Shown: in pieces, positions 1 through 14,624 of the stretch
Position numbering within the stretch: position 1 is the first letter of the stretch
Layout of the letters: each line of letters begins with the position of its first letter
Source of the DNA: Tubulanus polymorphus
Lineage: Eukaryota > Animalia > Nemertea
Direction: 5' to 3'
Length of the DNA stretch: 64,000 nt
NCBI RefSeq assembly: GCF_964204645.1
Contig: NC_134028.1
Location: 8,122,001-8,186,000 of the forward strand
Position numbers and translations under genes: made by a program
Notes under the pieces: generated by a model
What the model saw: the letters and a program-made list of their open reading frames with translations, nothing else
Told to the model about the DNA's origin: nothing
Databases searched by the model: none

Positions 1-3000
1 ACATACATTACAAACATACTAAATTTCAGAAGAATACGTTATGGCTTTCAACAGCTCATCATACAAGTATTCACAGTTACACTGAATAAATGAACAATCG
101 CAATAAATTCATGTCAAAATGTACAAATTGAAAAAGACCCATAATCAAAGTTTCTTTCATCGATGAAAATGCTAGTTTTCATCGAAATCAGAAAAAATCT
201 TATTCTGATTTTAATCGGAGGAACTTCTTCAATTGACAATCTTGTGATTCTCACATCTAGCAGACGACCAGCCAATCTCGTCGCCAAAGTCGGAGGAAAT
301 TGAAGAATTAACGACACCTGTCGAAGTTCTCTCAAGGCGGGCGTATACCTAAAAAATAACCGAATGAACGAATTGACGAAAAAAGTCGAATGAAAAATGT
401 CACTATCTCCCCTACAGACAGACGGTCAAGCTGACTACAGTATGCTCCTCAAATGCATTGCAGGGGTAAAACTAAGGACAGGTTAATAATGGTCTTTAGA
501 CTTTATTTCTTTTCAAGCACAAGTCTTTACTCCGGAAACGTAAGTTCATTCAAACAAACGGCCTTACTTACTGATCATTACAGATGCAAATGATTGGCCT
601 TTTAAGAATCTGAGTTTTCTTCTTTTTTGTCTTCGTCATCGTTACTGCATTATTTTCGGCTTTGCTTCCCACCGCTCGGACAACACTAAGCAAGTGATTG
701 ATAGCAGGCTGTAAACAACAAACATAACATGTGTTATGATAGCAACATATACTAGTTAATACAGTCTTATGTATGCCGCAGGATGCTTTCATATGTCATA
801 CATACTTGAGGAGAACCATCAATTTCATCAATGATAAGGCAGTTTGGCCTGGCATCACCTCCCATCACAGCTTTCATTCGTACTGCTGAATCTAAACGGT
901 TCTTGAACAAGTCCAATGTTCGATCATCACTAGAAAATATTTTATTTCAATATTCAGTGATAGCTTACTCGAGTATCATGGTCTCTTAGTCAACAAACTG
1001 ACTTCCGTCCTTCCAACAATTCCTTTTTTATTATATGTCGAATTTCGAATTTTCCCCATTAATCTTATAATGGTTTATAAAATTTATCAGTACATACAGT
1101 ACATGTTGCTGAAAGCGAATACCTGGCATTTATCTCGATAACATTATAACCAGCGTGTGAGGCCACTATGTGGGCTAATGTGGTTTTTCCCAAACCCGGT
1201 GGGCCATGAAGCAAGGCTACCTGAAAATATAAAACATCGGCATATACCATACAGATAGAATGGAATGAGGCAATGCCACGCATGTCTCCCTGGGGTGAGC
1301 AGTAAAGGGGGCAAAAAGATAGGCAAAATAATGCACACTTCATGGCCGCTGATCTCCATTTTCAATAGTATCATATAGCTAATAGAACCATTGGGTCAGC
1401 GAAAGCTTAAATTCAAGACAAGCCTAGACCGATTCTAAAAACTCATTTCTAGAATGGGTTAAAGGCTAGGTGGTAAACCATTTTTGGACATGGGTCAAAC
1501 TTTCTAACCATATCTTTGCCGGTATCGAGGATTTTCACCTTATGTAATGGCCTGCTGTATTCATCTAACTCTTCTTCCATTTTTCGTTGTTCCTGGCGCT
1601 TGTCAATCCATTTTTTCTTCTTGCCGTCGTTTTGCTGTTCGGCGACCGCCTTCTTCGTTTTCTTCTCCTTCCCGAATACGACGTGGTCCCACAATTTCAA
1701 CCAGTGAAGCAGCGTACGATTTGTGCTCTAGAATAGAACATAATATACTGCGAAATAATGAATGAATAATCTACTCTTCAATAGAGCTAAAATCTCTAAA
1801 TAAACTAGGGGTCCAGAGAGGCTCGACAATCTGAGTCTTAATATTCACGCATCCACACTTAAATTCAGAATTTTTAGGTTTGTTAATGTTTGATTTTACC
1901 TCATCACTTAACAAATCGGTGTACAACCGAGGAGCAAATCTCTCCACCCATAGATTCGTTTCCGCTTTAGCGTGTCTCCTTAATTCAGTACCATCTACCA
2001 TATCAACTCCTTCGTTGTGAGCTGCTTGCCTTTAATACATGGACAGAGTTTTCAATAAGTCTCTCATACATGCGTTATAGAGGCCTTGTAGCCATGTGCT
2101 TTCTTCATGTGACATAATCTTTGGTGAACACAAGTGGTTTACAAGACAGACCGCCAAATATGTAAATCCCTGATTATTCTTGTTATGTAAGGTAAGTCTA
2201 CTACAGCACTGGTTGACAAACAAACTTCTGACATTATGTGTAAAAGCTCTATATTCAATCATTATGTTTCAAACAGATGGAAGAATTGAATGTTCAGAAT
2301 TTTACTCATGATACATACCTTTGTAGGTCAATGACTATCTGACGGGATTCGTCGATGTCTCTTCTTGTTTCCTGAAATATTAAGAATTTTGAAAAATTAC
2401 CAATAGGTAGATGAGGATGATACAGGACCCACTTCCGGTCTATACTCAAAATCTTACTGGAGTTTGCTCCTGGACAATAAACTTGAAAAAAAATTTGATG
2501 TTGAGATCAAAATTACACAATCTACTTACTTCATCTTGAATTTGTTGTAATAGATCGTGATAAGGCGTGGCAAGTAGCTGAATGGTTCTTATATCATTGA
2601 GAACATCGACAGCCTGACAAAAGAAAATAATAAAAGAAAATTTCAGCAGGAGTAAAATGACTAGGGAAAAGTAGAGGATCCAGATTTTGCATATCGGGGA
2701 ACTCCTTTGCAAAATACACAGAGCTATGAACTACACATGCATTTTTGAATGCAATCTACAAAACCGCCAAGCCTAAATAATGCAAGAAATATGAATTGCA
2801 TATACCGGTAATGCAAGGAGTTGAATTGAGAATTTCATAATTTTCTGGTACAAGACTGCCCATCCACTCTCTTTTGCATGAAGACTTGCCTTGTTGGGTA
2901 CATTTTACATTGCCCCTGGAAATTATTTACAGATGATATATTAAACATGATACTTTACCTCGGATTTCAGATCATCATCGTCCTTGATTTTCATGTAGAC

Positions 3001-5354
3001 TCTGCTACCTTCGAAGTTCGTAACGGATATAAAATCAGTGTCCGGAATTCGTTTGAATACCCGACTATGACGAACTGGTTCTGAAAAAAAAACCAATCCG
3101 AAAATTATCAACTTCATCATAACTTGTTATTCTTACAAAATTTGTAAGTCTTTCCTTTTAAAAACCTATTCTAAACCGAAATCGAACACAATCTTTTTTT
3201 ATCTAAATCAAAGCGCATACAGTATACAGTAAACCTGTCAAATCGGATCATTTGGTACCAACTTCCTTTTAAAAACCTATTCTAAACCGAAATCGAACAC
3301 AATCTTTTTTTATCTAAATCAAAGCGCATACAGTATACAGTAAACCTGTCAAATCGGATCATTTGGTACCAACAAAGTTGATCAAGTTTTTTGAGAAATC
3401 CAGATAAAACATATTTTTGTTACAGACAAGTGGAGCGTAATAATATGTTATGAAAACTCAATTAAAACTTTAGATTAGATTTTTCAAGTTAATTTCACTT
3501 ATGGTCAAATTTCAACCCAGAAATGTGTACAATGACTAATTAGTTCAGATCATCCAGCAAACAATGTAGATCAGTACATGTACATAGAAACCGGGGATTC
3601 AAAATTACCATCAATGCCCGCATTGCCAAATTTCTCCTTGAGCTCATCGAATATATCCCTCTCTCGTCTCGGATGTATAGACGAAGTTCGGGACGGCGAG
3701 GGAGGCGGGGTGACCTCAAATCCATCATCGTTATCATCATCATCATCGGGTTTCGAAATTTTCTTTCTCTTTTTCGGTTCTGTAAGAAAGTACATAGATT
3801 TGAATTTCACAAATGTAAGTAAACCCTCGGATATGGCCAACTCGGACTATTGACCAATTTACCAGTCTCAGTTTGTAGGGCGGTACCTAGCAATGGAATG
3901 CGAGGAGAAACCCGAAAAAGTTTACCTAAAGTCATTAATTGATACAATGATTTTTCTTATATGCCCCAACAAAAACTTGGTTAAAATGCTTGTCAGACAC
4001 AAGTGAAGGATTCTTAATACTAATCCCGGGAAGATCCAGAAGCCAATTTTGAAGGACTTGTCTGGTCAAGTTCCAAATGCTGCTGCACCAATTTCCTTTG
4101 TTGACAAAATGGAAAAGGGTAACCAATAAAAATCTGATGGACTTGTACTAGTCTCGCCTGGATCATCCCCTGATAATATTTGTAAAAACGGCACTTATCC
4201 ATAATTTCTGGAGAGCAACTGCACCCGCTGTGTGCGGTCCTGGTTTGGCGAGGTTTACTATAATATCTTCGAAACCTTTATTGGCTCTGCATCAAAGTCT
4301 TAAATCATTAATAATACTAACGAATATCCGGAATATCATCGATAATTAGCCGATTCATCGGATCGTTATCATCTTCACTATCCGACAGTGGCTTGAACAT
4401 GTCATCCTCTTTTCGTTTGAGGTTTTTTCTCACGGAGTTATTTTTTTCAGACGACTGATTGTTATTTTCGGCGCCAGTTCTGCCATCTATGGCTGTAGGC
4501 GTTGGAAAACGTAAAGCCTTTTTCGACGGAGGTCCCGCGTTGACTTCTGAAAGCGGTGAGAGAAATATCAAGATCATATTTAAGAGAAATATCAGGATAA
4601 GCTAGTGAGGCAGTGGGTAGACAAAGCTTTGCTAACTCTAGTTGAATACATGTTTATAAGAAATCTGAATTTAGCATCATAATTCTTATATATCTATGGA
4701 TAAGCAGACCAAAAATAATATCCAGATTAGTCTTTTAATCCGGATCAGAAGCGACTGCAATTTAAGTGTCCCCAATGGTTATGTACCTAACCTAACCATA
4801 ACACTATTTTTTGATAACATTTGTGCCACTCAGACTCAGTGGAAGGTGACCTAATCTGCAGTTAAATCGGATCATTTATTGGAAATTTGATCCTATCTCG
4901 CGGTCCTCCTTATTACCGAGATGACGTATTTTACCGAGATCAACCGAGATAACATATTTATTCCTTATTGATTTTAACACTTGAAATCATATTATATCAG
5001 TAATAAAAGCCTGCTGGAGTCATATTTTATAATATATTTTGTCGGATATTTTTGTCCGAACTGCCGAACCCCCCTTGCTTAAATGTTGGTTGCAAAATTG
5101 ACTTTGTTACTACAGCAAGATTTTTAACTTCATCGACATTTTAGCTTTTTTACTTTTTAGAACACAACAGCCAACATCAGATCAACAATCGTCAATGACA
5201 GATTTGATTTTGGATGGATTTGTTGTTGGATCTGGGGCAGGGGGCCAAAAAGTCGGATATCGTTTGATTTACTGTTAAATTTCGAACCTTCTTCGAGATC
5301 GAGAAGGGCGTCGATATCATCAGCATACATCGCCTCAAAATCTTCATCATCCAT
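1..5354 (-). CDS. CHTF18: Chromosome transmission fidelity protein 18 (RFC-like clamp loader subunit); multi-exon, 3' part continues beyond window start
   Basis: ATG at 5354 ([10 protein letters not shown]...). Spliced exons give [18 protein letters not shown] (~1900-1960), [10 protein letters not shown] (~1700), Walker [16 protein letters not shown] then [10 protein letters not shown] (~1122-1220), SDDRT...[12 protein letters not shown] (~806-929) and [11 protein letters not shown] (~570-610). All are typical Ctf18 motifs, with GT-AG boundaries. Confidence 0.93.
3152..3373. repeat. Perfect 111-bp tandem duplication in a CHTF18 intron
   Basis: 3152-3262 and 3263-3373 are identical (ttccttttaaaaacctattc...ggtaccaac). 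Confidence 0.9.
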
Positions 5355-5668
5355 ATCGGTTTAGTCAATAAAATCGTTAATTTTCACAATAAATATGTTC
5401 GATTTCGCGTTTGTATTGCGCGGTATTTCCCAGTAATTCGCGCTACTGACGTCATTTCTGGGAATTCCACCAATTCCAAATCTAAAGCCGGGGTCCGATC
5501 CGTAAAATTCAAATATGTCTGCGCCCTTGATTTGTTATGTTGTTATGACGATGAATTAGAAGATCGAGCATTGTTGAAAATACGTATTTTACGCAAGTAT
5601 TCGAATTAAATTGAACGTCAAGTTGATGCGAATTAAGTTCAGCCGTTCGTCTGTGACGAATTGAAACC
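5355..5668. promoter_or_regulatory. Bidirectional promoter between CHTF18 and CSPP1
   Basis: Divergent ATGs about 315 bp apart. CRE TGACGTCA at 5447-5454, E2F-like TTCGCG/GCGCGG elements at 5403-5443, and a ZNF143/SBS-like CTGGGAATTCCA at 5458-5469. Confidence 0.7.
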
Positions 5669-8600
5669 ATGGGTGATGATCTAGATCAATTTATCCGAGA
5701 GCAAAAAGCAAAATTAGCAGCTGACAGAAACGTTTACGGGGGTGGTGAAGCCCACTCAAATGGAGCTGATGGAAACGCGAGACCGGCTCGTAAACAATGG
5801 TCTAAAGAAAGAGTTAGAGACGAAGAGGACGGTTTAGTAATTCCCGGTTTACGCGACAGCTACTCGGCGCGAATGCGCAAACAGAAAGAGCGCAACGAAG
5901 AATACAACGAATTCCTGCGCCAGTTGAAAGATTCGGAGCAAAATCGTTACAGCGATAAAAAACCGGATCGAAATCCGGTCGACGCGTCGCCGATTAAGAA
6001 CCCGGCAGATCAGCAGCAGCAGCGACGGGCGCCTGATTCCCCGCCTCCAGTGGCGCGGAGAAGCGACCTCGACCGCGATATTTACGACGAATATTTACGC
6101 GAAAAAGACGAGGACGAACGCCGAATGGAAAGGCGCCGTCAGATCATGAGGGAACTCGAAAAAGAGAATCGTAAACAGCGCGGCTTATCGGATCGGAAAC
6201 CGGCGGAACCCGACATAGTAGCACGTCCGTCGATCAGAGAACCGTTGGAACCGAAGAAACCGGAAGATGATAATTTCAGCTTGCCAATAAAAGACCGTTT
6301 ATCCGCGCAGCAACGAATGCGGGAAGAGCGAAATCGAGAGTATAACGATTTCCTGAGGCGTAAAGAAGCCGAACGCGCGGGCGGACCGGTCGTCGACGAT
6401 CGACCGGTTCCGCGGAAGGGTTGGGGCACGCCGACCTACGAAGAAATTCTCGACGACAAACGACGAGAGGAAATTCAATATCGAAGAACGTCGGAAGAAG
6501 TTCCCGGACTCGCCGAATATCAATTACGACCGGCCGTCAGCGACGGTTATTTGAATCGACCGATCATCGACGACGATCGCTACGATGTTCTTGATCGGAT
6601 GTACGAAGAGCGGAAAGTTCGTTTCCGCGACGATCTGCTCAGTCGCAATCACAAGCCGCGTACCGGATTGTTAGACGACGACGACTGGCTCGACATCAGT
6701 CGCCTTGATCGACGCCGCGGTCACAAACGCGATTACGACCGCGAGTTGGATCTCATCGATCGACAACGCGCGATACCCGCGCCGCGCGTTCAAACAGCCG
6801 GCGTTCCGCCGCTTGATTTATCGCCGCGCCAACAGACAGAGAGCCGACGCGCGCAGGTGAAGTCGGCGCCGGCGCAAGAGTCTGGCGTCGACGGGGCTTC
6901 CTTGCCGTTAGCGGATATAAGCGAAGAGGAGAAGAGACGCCGGAAAGAAGCGTACCGACTAGAATTACTGAAACAGATGGACGAGGCGGCGCAGAATAAA
7001 CAAAGAGAACGCAACAATCAATTCGCGGCCGTTCCGACAAACGCTAGGTTTCCAGACAGTCGCCAGCCTCCTTCAGCGGTGAGAGCGAAAGCGCCTCCTC
7101 CTGTCGCTCCAGCTTTATTGCAAACTCGACCGTTGAACATCGGAGGACCTAGCCTCGGCGCTTATAACAGTCCGTTAGATGATCCGTATTATTATTACGG
7201 TCTTCAGAATCCGTCGAACGAAAGCGAACCGCCGCAGGCTCCTATCGTACCTCCCGTTTCGTTAGTCGGACTTACCGCCCAGCCAAGCGCTCTGTCGGCC
7301 AGAAAACAGGTCGGTTTTGCGGAAGTTCCGACGGAGGTCTTCGCTCCAGCGGGTGGTCGTACTCCGCGGAAAGGTCCCGAAGCTCTGCTGCCCGGCGCGA
7401 TGCCGGCCCAATCGGAACAGGAGCAAGCTGTCAAGAAACGACAAGAAGCGCAGGCTTACCAACAAGAGCTCGAACGCCAGATCCAAGAAAACAACCGGAA
7501 AAAAGAAATAGATCGACTCGAGCGCGAAAAGTACGAACGAAAACTGGAAGAAGAAATCATGAATTATAACCCGTACGGTAAAGGGGGGGGCGGCGCTCCG
7601 ATGAAAGATCGACAAGGAAATGTTGTCGCCGATCTTCGGCAAATACACGTCGAAAACGAAGAGAAGCTGATCGATCCGAAAAAGCGTATACCGTCGGTCG
7701 AGCAGCCGGTCGTGTTTTCTCCGCGTACGCCTCGCGATCCGAACGACCACGCGCGAGGGGGCCACGGCATATTCGGCGAGCCGAAATCGGACGCCGAAAA
7801 ATCGGCGATCGACCGGTACAAAGACGACCTGAAAAAGCAGATCGAGGAGAAAAAACGCGTCGAGGAGCAGAAACGACTCGTCGAGAAACTCGAAGAGGAA
7901 AAAGAGCTGAAGCGCATCGAAGAAGAACGTTTGAAGATCGCGCGCGAATACGAAGAAGAACAACGAAAGCTGCGCGAAAAAGACGAGAACATACGCCTGC
8001 AAAACGAGGAGATCAAACGCCAGGCGGAAGAAAAGCGTGAGGAGCTGAAACGACGACAGCAGAAAGAACGCGAAACCGTCGTGAGATCACGCGCTGACGA
8101 CGTCCACGCGAAAGAGGAACGGGCGCCGACTCGTAACGGCTACCAACGCGCGAATTCGCCGATCGTTCCGGCGCTTCGAACGAAAAACGAAAGCCGGATC
8201 GAGTCGCGCGCCGACAGCGCCGACGTGCTGAACCAGCTGGCGAACATGCGCAAACAGTTGCAGAGCGAGCGAATGCGGGTCGAGAGCGCGCTCGGCAACC
8301 AGAAGTACGACGTGAACGTGTTCGATCCGCGGCAAGTACGACCGGCGCCGGCAATCAACCAGCCAATCGTTCCGTTAGCTTTGATTTACGACACTACCTC
8401 GTACCCGGTCGGGCCGACGTCGGTCACCGCTCAACGGTCGCCCGATCCGCAGGTATTCGACACGGCGTTGCATAAAGGACCGGTCACGGTGAAGCGACCA
8501 GCCATCGAAGACAAAGCGAATTCCGACGCGAAAGCCGAATTTCATAAATTTCGCGTTAAGGAGTCGAACTCGAAGACCGGTTTCCGACGCAACCATCCCG

Positions 8601-9103
8601 ACTCGCCGGTGACCGCGACGGCGCTCGAAACTCAACAGCTGGCGTTTTTAGAGGAACAAGAAGAAGCGCTGAAACGATTGCGCGATGGCCAACCCTCGAA
8701 TTCGTTCTATCCGCAGCGCGCTGGCTCGACAAAAAGCCAACTGCAGGCCGATACCGCGTTCCTCGATCTAAACGGCGCGCAAGTTCCGACCAAGAATGAA
8801 TCGGCGCGCGAGAAACGCCGACAGGCGCGCGGCAAAACTCCGTCGACGTCGAAGAAGACGCCGCAGCCGGACGCCGCGTCGATGGGTTCGACGACGAGCA
8901 TCGATCCGGATAGAATCGACCGAAAGAATGCCGACCGCATGAAAAAACTGAACGACCTCGCCGCGGACGACGTCTCGCTGGCGAGCGCTGAGCCCGACGA
9001 TATTTTAGATCGATTCATGTCGAAACAACAGTACAATCGTCCTCCGTCGCAATCTACTCTAGACGACGACGAGGCGTGGATGAGACCCAGCGCTGATAAA
9101 TAA
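5669..9103 (+). CDS. CSPP1: Centrosome and spindle pole-associated protein 1; single coding exon, 1144 aa
   Basis: Uninterrupted ORF. N-terminus MGDDLDQFIREQKAKLAADR, the motif YNPYGKGGGGAPMKDRQGNVVADL, ARGGHGIF and long E/K/R coiled coils match CSPP1 as I recall it. Confidence 0.85.
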   Translation: MGDDLDQFIREQKAKLAADRNVYGGGEAHSNGADGNARPARKQWSKERVRDEEDGLVIPGLRDSYSARMRKQKERNEEYNEFLRQLKDSEQNRYSDKKPDRNPVDASPIKNPADQQQQRRAPDSPPPVARRSDLDRDIYDEYLREKDEDERRMERRRQIMRELEKENRKQRGLSDRKPAEPDIVARPSIREPLEPKKPEDDNFSLPIKDRLSAQQRMREERNREYNDFLRRKEAERAGGPVVDDRPVPRKGWGTPTYEEILDDKRREEIQYRRTSEEVPGLAEYQLRPAVSDGYLNRPIIDDDRYDVLDRMYEERKVRFRDDLLSRNHKPRTGLLDDDDWLDISRLDRRRGHKRDYDRELDLIDRQRAIPAPRVQTAGVPPLDLSPRQQTESRRAQVKSAPAQESGVDGASLPLADISEEEKRRRKEAYRLELLKQMDEAAQNKQRERNNQFAAVPTNARFPDSRQPPSAVRAKAPPPVAPALLQTRPLNIGGPSLGAYNSPLDDPYYYYGLQNPSNESEPPQAPIVPPVSLVGLTAQPSALSARKQVGFAEVPTEVFAPAGGRTPRKGPEALLPGAMPAQSEQEQAVKKRQEAQAYQQELERQIQENNRKKEIDRLEREKYERKLEEEIMNYNPYGKGGGGAPMKDRQGNVVADLRQIHVENEEKLIDPKKRIPSVEQPVVFSPRTPRDPNDHARGGHGIFGEPKSDAEKSAIDRYKDDLKKQIEEKKRVEEQKRLVEKLEEEKELKRIEEERLKIAREYEEEQRKLREKDENIRLQNEEIKRQAEEKREELKRRQQKERETVVRSRADDVHAKEERAPTRNGYQRANSPIVPALRTKNESRIESRADSADVLNQLANMRKQLQSERMRVESALGNQKYDVNVFDPRQVRPAPAINQPIVPLALIYDTTSYPVGPTSVTAQRSPDPQVFDTALHKGPVTVKRPAIEDKANSDAKAEFHKFRVKESNSKTGFRRNHPDSPVTATALETQQLAFLEEQEEALKRLRDGQPSNSFYPQRAGSTKSQLQADTAFLDLNGAQVPTKNESAREKRRQARGKTPSTSKKTPQPDAASMGSTTSIDPDRIDRKNADRMKKLNDLAADDVSLASAEPDDILDRFMSKQQYNRPPSQSTLDDDEAWMRPSADK

Positions 9104-10325
9104 TGACGTCGATAATTCAGGTTTCGGGGGGTGGCACTGTCAGAAAAGGACATTTTCGCATGAGTAGCATTCGTTTGCGTCGTCGAGTAAGAACTGAGCA
9201 AAAAACTCTGCCAATATTTGATTCTGGTGTCCACTCCCGACTGGATTCCTAGATCTACCTTTGTCTCAGTGTTCTCTATATGCTGGAATTTTAACGGGGC
9301 TGCATCCATTAAGTGGTATGAAATCATGGTCGCTGAAGAGTAGCTTGGCTTTCGATCCCCCAAAAATAGTGAAAATTTAAGCTTAATTTTGGTGTAATCT
9401 CCTATTTTTCACATTGGCTCAATATATTTCAGAGCAATTATTAGCATTGACTTTGGAAGGGAAGGGGCAGCAGATATTTTATGAGGGATGGCTGATTTTC
9501 ATTTCTGGGTGGATGTGAAAATGAAAGGGATGGTCGCCCCTCTAAAACCTGTGATGGAGAACAGTGTCTATCACCAAAATGTTGCTTCCTTTCCTGGCTC
9601 ATATTCATACGAAGTATCCAAACTGTTGTCTTGTACAAAGTGTATGAATTTTATATCTTTTTGATTAGTTGACAGGAGTGAAGGCTGGTCACTGCTCCTG
9701 ACAACATTGCACAGATATTTTGTCATACCGAGGTGCCTCAAGATAACGACCAGGAATGTGAATCAAGTTGGATTAGTCTAGAACCACATTGTACTATTTA
9801 TGAATATCCCCCAAGCTGACAGATTGTTTCATTTTCAAGCCCTATAAATTGTTTTAACTGTGTAAATATTGTCAATGTGCCAGGTGTTCTAGGCAGCAGC
9901 TAATGCAGCTTGATAACCTAGCAAATATCTGGGACTGATCACTTTGAAGTACATGTATCTGTATTTTACACATAATAATAGTATTAAGCATAGCATGGCA
10001 TAAATTGCCAGGTTATGAATCGGATGATTATAAGACTCAAATGATCTGCATAAGGATGGGAAATTCAAAATCTGTCCAATAATCAGTTTATAACCTATAT
10101 ACTTTACATATGTAGAGGAAATTTATTCTAACAAAACCTAGGGACAGCTTGAAAAACAATGGCGGAAACAGATGATCTGAGTAATTTTAGGGCAAGCTGA
10201 AAAACAAATTAAATGGGAGAAAAAGAATCGTCCAAGATTGATTTTACTCACAGCAAATTTATGTGTTATATTTACTGTAATTGATATTAAATATCTCTAA
10301 ACTAGCAATGATGAAATATCATTAT

Positions 10326-10569
10326 CAGAGTCCGATCTAAGGAATAAAAGCCATTTGCCGAGGGGGGAAGCATACTTAAAATTTCACTTGCCCCTACAAA
10401 TATCTACTCGCCCTACACAGGCGGTCTGGCTTGCGGCGGCTCAATGATCCGTTGTATTGATTGGGAAAAAACTTTGAGACATAAAAATGCACTAGCCCGA
10501 GTCACTAGTGATAATGATAACCTACTTGCCCCAATTTGGCAATTGGACAAGTGCTTAGATCAGACCTTG
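10326..10569. mobile_element. Degenerate hAT-like MITE
   Basis: Imperfect TIRs CAGAGTCCGATCTAAG / CTTAGATCAGACCTTG; no clear TSD. Confidence 0.4.
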
Positions 10570-12054
10570 TTCAGCACTAACTAGAGGTAGTTTATTTCAT
10601 GGAGACATGTAATGTATTGTGGTTCAATACGTGGTAGTATTAAAATGTCCTAAATCTTCATTCCATCCGAAATTACTTTAGTACGCAGTGTATAAAACTC
10701 ATACGATGGTTATATTTCGAAAATTTCGCCCATGAAATATGCAGATTGATTTTCTATAATAGCTCCAAGTGAGAAAATTCAAGATTTGCCTTACATTGTC
10801 CATACATTTTATATTGATATTTTATTGAACCGTATGTGTATTACCACAGCATAAAGTCCCTTTAACTACACTCGGGTATGAAAAACTGTAAAAAAAATCT
10901 ATCTATCTGTATTACCAGTAATTATCATTGTATCGAATGTAATATCATTATTGGAATAACCGTAGTATAGTTTGGATAGATAAACCTATGATAAGTTGTC
11001 ACCAAATCACATTTTGTCAGTTTTTTCACTAGGACCGGTACTACCCTGCCATATATCAATCATCCTGTGCTTGAATTTTAGGGATTATAAGCACTAGTTG
11101 ACTCCACCTCAATACTCTAGTATCAGTTAATGCAGCTATCAACCTGCTGTCTGTAGACACCCCTACAGACGTTCGGCAGACATACACCATTTTCCCAAAG
11201 TGTTTGTCCTGGCATTGCCACCTCCTGTGGCAGTACCCCAAACATTTTACTTTGAAAATGAATATGGGTGTCATGTCTGAACCATCAATTTTAGACGGAC
11301 GTTCGCCGTTTGTGAAAAATGTGTTCATCCAGACATCGCCATTCAAAAGGCGATAGGGTACAGACAGCAGATTGACAGCTGTATCGCCGATTGCCGGGCC
11401 TACGCCCACCTTTAGTCAGTTTACTGCTGGTCAGTGTAGAAATTTTATCCATATTTACTCAGTAAAGCAGAGTCTACTACTGTTTCAGTTTACAATCCAT
11501 CGATTTATGTTACATTATAAATGGTTTGATGAATTTGACGTACTTACGTTAGAATTAATAGATTTTATTAAAACGCATTTTAGAATTTTTGATTGGCACA
11601 GAAATGTTGCTAGGTACTTATGTATATTTACCACAATGAGATATTTTTACACGCTTTTCTGATGAAATCATTTTTGATATGAACTCAAAGGGAGTTTAAT
11701 TGTTAACTTGTGTGAATACGAACTTAGAATTACAATTTCACGGCCGTTGACAGTATCAAACAATCTTTGAGTAAATGGATCCAGACTGTATACTGTAGTT
11801 GACAATGATATGTCGATGTATTATTGGGAATGTGGTGTTATCTTGTTTATGTAAATATTAAAATTGATATATTATCAACGATAATTCATTTAGTTTTGCT
11901 GTCAATTTACTGAAGGAATCATTTGCAGTATTCTCCAAAGAATTAATCTTGGATGGACCCCTAAGAGGTGACCGTTCTTTAAGATACCCCGGAGCTCACA
12001 GGATCCATCATAGTCATCACAAGCAGAAGGATTTTTGTCCGGGGCATTCGATAA

Positions 12055-12231
12055 TACAGTCCGAGTCGAACCCGCTTAATCCGGATCGACCTAATCCGAA
12101 TTTTGCTATAATCCGGACAAAATTTGCAGACTGTTGACATACAAGAAAATGAGGACTTATTCCAAATTTCCTGTAAACGGGATGAATTTTGTAAGTCCCA
12201 AATGTATCTGAATTAAGCGGATTCTATTGTA
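12055..12231. mobile_element. Tigger/pogo-type MITE remnant
   Basis: Left end TACAGTC..GAACCCGCTTAATCCGGA, right end TCTGAATTAAGCGGATTCTATTGTA; TA flanks. Confidence 0.5.
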
Positions 12232-12322
12232 TGAGTCAATCTGTCAAACAGTCTCAGGTGTACAGTTGAAGTCGGGTTAAGTCATCATGGGACAAGACTT
12301 AAGCGAGTTTCATAGTACACAT

Positions 12323-12600
12323 ACAAGGAGCAGATCCAGGGGGACTTCATACAAGTCTATCAATTTTTGTTGAGTGCCCTTTTTACATTGTCTACTTGGT
12401 GCCTTTCAGTACGGGAGTAAACCTAATATTGCTTTTCCAGACATCAAAGTGCCGTTTTGGACAGCAGTGCCCTTTCGGGATGTGACCAGTCCTTCAAAAT
12501 TAACCCCTCGGTGTGCGAGTTAACCATAATATTGCCTTTTCAGACATCAAAGTGCATTTTTGGGAGTTGCAAGTCCTTCAAAATTGGTGTCTGGATTAGC
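12323..12600. mobile_element. Interspersed repeat (GCGGATCCAG-ended MITE-like family), related to 39642-39820
   Basis: Shares GACATCAAAGTGC and GTGCCCTTTT.ACA blocks with the reverse complement of 39642-39820. Confidence 0.45.
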
Positions 12601-12844
12601 CTCCGCATACATATATAGTCATTGACTTCTAATTCGAGAATCATTAGAGATGGTCGATTCTTGTAGGACAATGGAAATTAACTGCAGTTATTTTGTAGTC
12701 TCCGGGGAAGCTCGTCCATGTCGTGTGGAAAGGGGACCAGTGAATCTTTTAGATATAATAATCAAAATTTCTTTTTTTTTGGAAAAAGTCTAGATATTAA
12801 ACAAACTTACAATAATATATTTTATTTATTTTTATATATATGTA

Positions 12845-14393
<1,549 letters not shown>

Positions 14394-14624
14394 TCACACG
14401 AAATTAACAACTTTTTCATCCAATAAGTTTTTTTCCGAAATTCAATTATCCGCTAGAACAGGTTTTGCCTGTTTACGCCCGCAACCGAGAACTCCAGTTA
14501 CCTACTAGATAGTCTATATGCAAATATACCCAATCGAGTGATAAAAACAATACCAAATATTTTTTGCCATTGAAAGTTTCGTAAAATGATTTTTTATGTT
14601 CAAACCGACCAAAATCCAGATGCA

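Noticed and set aside
6139-9363. Numerous antisense ORFs overlapping CSPP1
   Set aside because: Shadow ORFs expected from a GC-rich, stop-poor coding strand; no motifs.
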